A stretch of 58,360 nucleotides of DNA, the filler included, from Sluysia triapertura (lineage: Eukaryota), in the NCBI GenBank assembly GCA_046118255.1. It is 4 parts of 4 records of this genome, joined end to end, with 100 filler letters (N's around TTAATTAATTAA, not from the genome) between each part and the next. Parts side by side here need not be neighbours in the genome. Positions count along the whole stretch, not along the records: positions 47,353 to 58,360 come from JBJNIA010190252.1; 3 more parts are not named here. One strand, written 5' to 3'. The notes below the pieces were generated by a model. The model did not search any database. It saw nothing but the letters and a program-made list of their open reading frames with translations, and was not told the DNA's origin. Positions 51,600-58,360 of the stretch are shown here, piece after piece. Numbering within the stretch: position 1 is the stretch's first letter; every line of letters starts with the position of its first letter. Position numbers and translations under genes: made by a program.

Positions 51600-51940
51600 A
51601 TATATCTAAAAATTAAAGAAAGAGACAGAAAGATTATGTTCAAGAATGCAAGAAATTTATGCATTTTTTAAAATATTCATGTAAATTTCATAATAATAAT
51701 AACAACATTCTGTATTATTATAATTATCATTTTTATCATCAAATCAGTAACTACCACTATCAGTAGCTAATTCCTGTCAATACATTATAATTAATATACT
51801 ACTGATAGTGGTTAGTTCTTTAATCACAACTGTTATTTCCTATCTGTTAGCTCATATTACTGGTCAGCCAACCAGAATAAAATTCATTATTTTCCAGACA
51901 AACAATTTTGGTTGGATGACCAATCAAAATTCACTATTTT
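51600..51940 (+). mobile_element. Head cassette copy 4
   Basis: AAGAAAG..AGATTATGT..TTTATGCATTTT, AT-triplet tract, stem ACCACTATCAGTAG 51753-51766 / CTACTGATAGTGGT 51799-51812, and TGGTTGGATGACCAATCA 51909-51926. Confidence 0.7.
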
Positions 51941-51958
51941 CTGAGACAAAAATAAAAA

Positions 51959-53150
51959 TTGAACTTGGATAATTTCATGTTAATACCTGTCGATACATCT
52001 GATTCGCGACTGGTGCGTCTTTCAACAACTGTTAGAAATTTTGATTTCAAAAGTGATAATATGACAATTATAAATGGTATACATAATTTATCCAGTCCAT
52101 TGGAAATCAGCCAGTATTTTAGTGATACTTTATTTATCGAATCTTATAATGAATTAATCTGGTTTAATCGTTTAAGTAGCTTATGCACCGTGGCAAAACT
52201 ATTTACTGCTACTAAGATTTTGTTAGTAGATCAATGCTTGAAAGATTATAAATTAATATTCATATCGAATTATCATAGTCGTAACAACCACAATGATTTA
52301 TCTATCGGAACTTATAATATAATTCAAAAGTTAAGATTAGAGTTCAATGTATAACTGATTAAGTTGATTACATTAACTGCTCCAATTTCAAATGATTTAT
52401 GGCGCTTACACTTTTCAGAATGTTATAATTTCACAAATATAATAGAACCTATTTCTCTATGTGAACATCTAATAAAGTATGCTTACAATAATCGATCTAG
52501 TACCACGAATCTACAATTGTACCTATTAAGTTACATTCAGAAATTAATGTATAAATTGTTTAAAAAACCTAATAAATATATTTTAGTTCAAGATAATGAA
52601 GAATGCATCTATTTGTTCATTTAGCTTTATATCAATGGACTTATATGCTCAATCCGTCGTATCATTATGAATCACTTTTACGTGTTAAAATTAATTTAGT
52701 GTGTATAAAAAGAGTTCAGATGCCAGAACCAAAATTAAAGATTATCAAATTTATTCAAAATAATGATAATTTTAGAAGTTATGAAATTTCGAATCTCGTT
52801 AATGAATATCTAAAATTGTGTTGAATGGATTTTATGGAAGTAACTTCAGTAACCAGAGCCGTTCATGCAGTATGTGTAGTACCAGAACGTACACTTATCT
52901 TCCCACTTCATAAATGTGTGGAATACTCAACAATTGAAAAGTTGTTCTATATATTCAACAAACAAAGATTTCGTGATGTTACTAGAACTGTATCATGAGC
53001 ATATCCAGAATTTTCACAATAAATCAAGGGATATGAAAGAGAATATAAGATTAATGTTGAAACTATGCGTTCATCTTTACAATTACGAAAGGCATACAAA
53101 AAGTGTATAATTGGTGAAGGCAGCAAACTCAATGTCGGTAACCTAAAATC
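51959..53150 (+). pseudogene. Fragmented coding-like cargo of cassette copy 4, unidentified
   Basis: Four nearly abutting co-oriented ORFs separated by single stops or frameshifts. Confidence 0.45.
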
Positions 53151-53917
53151 TAAAAATGTAAATTTTTGTATTATTAAAATTTTTTTATAAATTATATCAT
53201 TATTTTTGTTTAGAAGATCGTTTAGAAGCTAGACTGCGTGAGGTACACTGGGATATAGCGATAAAATTATTAGTATATAATTTGGTAGCAAATAAAGTCT
53301 TATATTTGTTTACATAAATTGTTTTCCAATAAAACATGTAATAATTTCAAATACTTTATATTGAGTGAATATAGTAGTAATGATAATAACAAGGAATATA
53401 CAAATTTATTAGTCAAATTTCGAAGTTTTTTCTATCAGAGAGGACCAAATTTAATAATATAGTTTACTAATTCAAATGTAAACATAATTCCACTAAATTG
53501 GTGTCAGGACATTAAAATAATGAATTTAAAATAAAACAAGCATATAATAAATAAAAATACAAAGTTATGTGCCCAGTAATACAAGCTTACCAAGACGAAA
53601 TGTAACAACAATAATAATAATAAATTTTATCTTAATTAAATCATAAAACATGTTAGGAATTCAGAATAAGATTTTGTGATAAGCACAGTCAAATCTAAAA
53701 CAAAAAGCAAGTGCAAGATATTTCCTCTTATGCAAAATAGATCTGGAGTCCGTCCAACTAATTAGGCACGATTTGTATCCTACAGGAAGACGCCCTAATT
53801 AGATTTAAGTTTGAAAGAAGAAACTAGTTTAGATAACAAGATGAAAACTGTGATAATTTACAATTAATCGTTAACAGTTATAAATAAGTGTCAAGAAGTA
53901 AGTCAAGTGTATTAAGT

Positions 53918-54010
53918 TTTGAACCAACCTTTTTACGGTTTGGTCAATTGTAAATTATTTTATGCTTTGAACCAACCTTTTTACGGTTTGGTCAATTGTA
54001 AAGTATTTTA
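53918..54010 (+). repeat. Tandem duplication, 2 x 48 bp
   Basis: TTTGAACCAACCTTTTTACGGTTTGGTCAATTGTAAA occurs twice. Confidence 0.9.
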
Positions 54011-55099
54011 TAGAAAATCAAAAATAAATTAACCAAAAAATTCCTATTAAAAAAACTTTAATAATAATATTATAGGTAACAATGACAATAAGATATATGC
54101 AAAAATTAATTATTGTAATAACGATAAGCAATTTACCAACTTAAGCCTATTGCTTAGCTGGAACTAAATGTAAATTTAAAATGGAATTGACCTAGCCAGT
54201 TACGGTCTAGGTGTAAAATTATTAACTAAAGTTTAAGTATAGATTTTAGAACTCTATTTTTACAATTAGGGAATTTATTAAACTTATATAACAAAATTAC
54301 TTCTGCATGGAAATTGAGATTCGATAATATTTTCCCAAGAGTTTTGATCCTGTGCGAAGTTTCTGCTCTCTAGTCTCCAAATTTCCTAAGATTGTTTTTC
54401 TTCAAATTTCCTACGATTATTTTTCTTATTATTTTTATCACAAATTGCTTACCTTTTTATACTAATGTTGTTTGTGTGGGCGATTGAAAAATAATTAAAT
54501 TAAACAAAATACATTTCTTATTTATTAAATTCCTTTGTTTCAAAAAAAAATTATAATATTTTATTTCTCATAATGTTTAAAAATTTTAATAAATTATAAT
54601 ATTTATAATATTTAGGTACAATTTGATGATTAATTAAACAATAAAATAATTATGCAATAAAATTAATAAAATTATAAATTCAATAAATAAAATCATTATA
54701 AATAAATTCATAAATAAAATCAACCAATAAAATTATAATAAAATCAATCAAAATTTATTGTTTATTTGCACAGTACCAATGCCAATGTGATGATGCCACC
54801 TTAACCCAACATTAACAATATATGGTTACTTAATTAGTTGCAAATTGTTTTTAATAGTAAAGCAACAATAAGAGTAAAAGAAATAAAAAATAAAACAATT
54901 TAAAATTAAAACCTTGTTAAAGTCTTTAATTTTTATAAATATAAAGTATTTGAGAAATTATTTTGTCCATCAACAAAATGGGGATAAAATGGTTTAATTA
55001 AAATTGATATTAAGTGAAATTTAAAGTTTTAACTCCTAAAAAATAACTAAATTGTTGAATTTGAATAAAAATTCACGTAATCATTTTGAAAATCGTTTG

Positions 55100-55259
55100 G
55101 TCCAATTAAAACTGTGTTATTAAATTGTGAATTGAAATGTTCTAAAATGTTCTGGAATTTAGAAAATGTTAATTTTTTGGTAAATTATTTTCCTTTTTTT
55201 GAAAATTAACATTATCTTGGATTTTTAAGGGCTTACAGGGTTGTGATGACAACCTAACA
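55100..55259 (-). mobile_element. Family B repeat, terminal fragment
   Basis: GGGTTGTGATGACAACCTAACA terminus and TGTTCTAAAATGTTCTGGAA internal motif. Left boundary uncertain. Confidence 0.55.
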
Positions 55260-56776
55260 ATAGTATATTTTGTACTCAGTTCCATAGAAAAAGTGAAAAA
55301 ATTGCAAATACTATATAATCATTCAAAGAAATAATTTCCCAATTAGGAAGATCTCTCCTAACACTGTTAGTGATTTCTTAACTTTCTCATAAACAATTAT
55401 GAATATATTATTATCGCACTTTATGTCGTGAATAGGACGCAATTACAGGATTTTCTTATAAGAATGATTCTACTAAAAGTTCTTTTAAGATTCTTTTGCA
55501 ATATACCTTTATATTCTGATAAATAATTCCTTTTTTATTAATTTTACTTTTCTTGACACTCGATGAGTATCTCAGTATTTAACTTAACTAATCAAAAAAC
55601 TTTAGATATTACTTCTTTAATATTATTCTAATTTTCTTAACAAGTTATCCTTTTCAAATCTTTATTATATTTTGAATTTTTAAATTTTATTTAAATTTAA
55701 ATTTAAATATTTAAATTTTATTATACAAAAAAATACGTTAATGTATGCAAATAAACCAATTTATATAATAAAAAGTTGCAATCAAATAAAAATAAATATA
55801 TTAAAAATAAAGGATTAACTCCTGAATTTCGTTAGATTTTAAAAGGAAATTAAACCAGGTGGATGCGTGATTTTTTTCAAAAATGATTACAATATTTTAA
55901 GCTTTATTTTAAAGCTAAGTTTATCGAAGCTTTTTTCTTAACAATTATTAACTTACAAATTTTAATAAATTTCAAAAAAAATGAATTGTATAATTGTTCA
56001 CAATATCTTCACCAAAAATGTACCGGGTACTCTAAGGAAAACTGGTCGCGTAAGAATGTACAAATTATGAGAATCTTTCTGCGATCACGAAATGATGTTT
56101 GTTGAATCTTTAAAAATCTTTGTAAATCACAACTATATCTCAAGTAAACGTTCTAAATTTATTTCTGTTAGTATTCTTGTATTCGTTTTACTATTTTATT
56201 TGTTTTTTATTATTTTCCAGATTAAAATTTTATTTTCATTTTTTATTATTCTTCAAAACATTAATAAACAATAAATTTTCTTGGTGGATTGAAAATAGTA
56301 ATTAAAATTTATTTTATTTGTTTTGTAGAAAAACTAAAATAACATTTTGAATATTAAAATTATTGAATAATAATAACGTTTTAAAGCAAAATAAATTAAT
56401 AAATTATAGCAAATGTGTTTACAATTATATTTTTACAACACTTTATCTTAAAGAATTACATTATTTACCAACAAAACCGAGAGAATTCAAAATCATGACA
56501 ATAATCTGTAAATGCTTGCGTTGTAAAATAATGAAAATGCGAAAACCAAAATGATTATGTCTTTTATATTTAACAACATATGAAAGAATAATTGTACATA
56601 AATAAATAATAGTATATAAATATATTTTCACATAATTTATTTATAATTGATAAATGTATTATTCATTTTGTTAAAACGTAAATTATTTATATTTGTATAT
56701 TCGTATTATAAATTAAACTACAAAAATATTGCTGTAGTTTTTCTAAAACTTTTTTTATAATATTTTAAATAATTTT

Positions 56777-57459
56777 TGACAGGGTTCGGTTACAGTAAAC
56801 GTCTTGAAACGTATAGATGGTGTTTCTGCAACTTGATAGGTTAATAACTACCTTAATTCTAATCTTACAGCCTTAAAATTACCAGTCAAATTTACTTTAT
56901 AAAATACTTAAGGGTCTTTATAAATACTATTTTAACAAGATGAATAACACTAAGAATTCAAAAAACTTTATTATTTAAAAATTTTAATAATTTACAAAAA
57001 AATTGTGATAGATGCGATAAGAAAAAGACTAAGTAAAATTATATATTTTAAAGTTAAAACTCTTTTTGGTATTTAACTTTTACAAGGTTTAATATCGGGG
57101 AAACCTAATTTTTGTTAAAGATTTAAAGTTACATGGATTTTAAGATATTAATTTTTTAATTAAAATTAATATCGTCTTATAAAAAATAACTTACAGTTAA
57201 CATGGATCTTGTTAAAACTTCTGCAAAGAAATTGCGAATAGAATAAAAATTCCAAATAACGAATTTTACAAATGTCGGATTTCAAAATGGCGATTCTCAT
57301 TAAACTTATGTTGCTTTATATACTAATCATCAACCAATGAGAGGCGAATTTTCATTTTTTCGAAATATAATTATTTTTTTAATGATTTTAAAGATTTATA
57401 AATAATTTTAAAGCACTTCATATGATTTTATACGATTTATATGTGATGACAACCTAACA
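56777..57459 (-). mobile_element. Family B solo-LTR-like repeat copy
   Basis: On the minus strand it reads TGTTAGGTTGTCATCAC...GACGTTTACTGTAACCGAACCCTGTCA (TG..CA ends). Internal ATTGG, TATATAAA and AATCGCCATTTTG. Confidence 0.7.
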
Positions 57460-58360
57460 ATATTTAAAAGCTAAATTCTAAAATAAATTATAAAACGTTA
57501 ATTGTCGTTGATAGAATGTTAATGGAAATGTAACATAATACTCAACTTTTTATTGTAATTTTCAATTTTTCATTTTAAATTTTTTAATTATTTTAAATTT
57601 TCAAGTTTTCAAATTAAATCTAAAATTTATTTATTTTAAATTTATGTAAAAAATAAAATTATTTCAAAGTAAAATTAAAATCATTATCATTAAGATTATA
57701 ATGCCATATATCAATTTAAAATGAGATTTAATAGAGTTAGTATAAATTTAAAATTTAATAACAAAAAGTAAGTAAGAAATAATCATTTTAAATATAAATA
57801 TAACGTCAAATTTTAAGAACATAAAGATCATTCCAATATAAGAGTAAAAATTATATTAAATTGAGATTGAATACAATTAACATATAATTAAAAATTAATA
57901 AGATTATTTTCGATTAAAATCAACTTAAATTAAGGATTGGGCAGAACAAAACGAATAATGTAATTTCAAAATTAAAAGCATTATAATAGAGAAAATTTAT
58001 AATTGAATATAAATTATATGCAATCAAAATTTAATAAAACATGAATATTTAGGCTGAGAACAATATTTATCATTATTATTAAGAATTTTATTACTATTAC
58101 TATTATTTATGATCATTATCACTGAAAAATTTAATGCCACTACCATTATTATTAACAAATTTATTACTATTACTATTATTTATTATCAGTGAAGAGCCGT
58201 GGGAAATATTTTATTTTTTATGTTATTATTAAAAATTTTATTTTTTTTCTTTTTAAGAAAGTTTAAAGCTTTTAGATTAAAACTGCTGACAAATTTAAAT
58301 ATTACCAAAAAGGGCTTAATGCCCGGATTAACAATTAGGAACAATTTAACAAAAAAATAA

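Overview
AT-rich eukaryotic (metazoan-like) genomic DNA with GT-AG spliceosomal introns. It is not prokaryotic, and I found no CRISPR array or rRNA. The window is four contigs (1-12192, 12293-35633, 35734-47252, 47353-58360) joined by artificial 100-nt N44-TTAATTAATTAA-N44 spacers. Recognisable genes: a complete 7-exon CAD gene (13859-22301), five exons of an EMAP-like (EML) WD40 gene, the 3' end of a Bcl-2-family gene, one Golgi alpha-mannosidase II exon and a La-motif gene. The rest holds decayed Ty3/Gypsy gag pieces, MITEs, an LTR-like repeat and a tRNA-derived fold-back element. The most unusual signal is a dispersed, oriented 'head' cassette found four times on three contigs. Its order is: G-poor tract (three copies), TTATGCRTTTT box, (TTA)n, a stem-loop, then ATTGG-N4-CCAAT. 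Each copy is followed by different, co-oriented, decayed coding cargo. The cargo includes an intronless CCA-adding enzyme (TRNT1) pseudogene and a GAPR-1/CAP pseudogene, which the ORF track shows only as fragments, and C-x9-C-x6-C-x3-H zinc fingers. This looks like a gene-capturing mobile element family. All homology calls come from manual translation and motif recognition; no database search was run.
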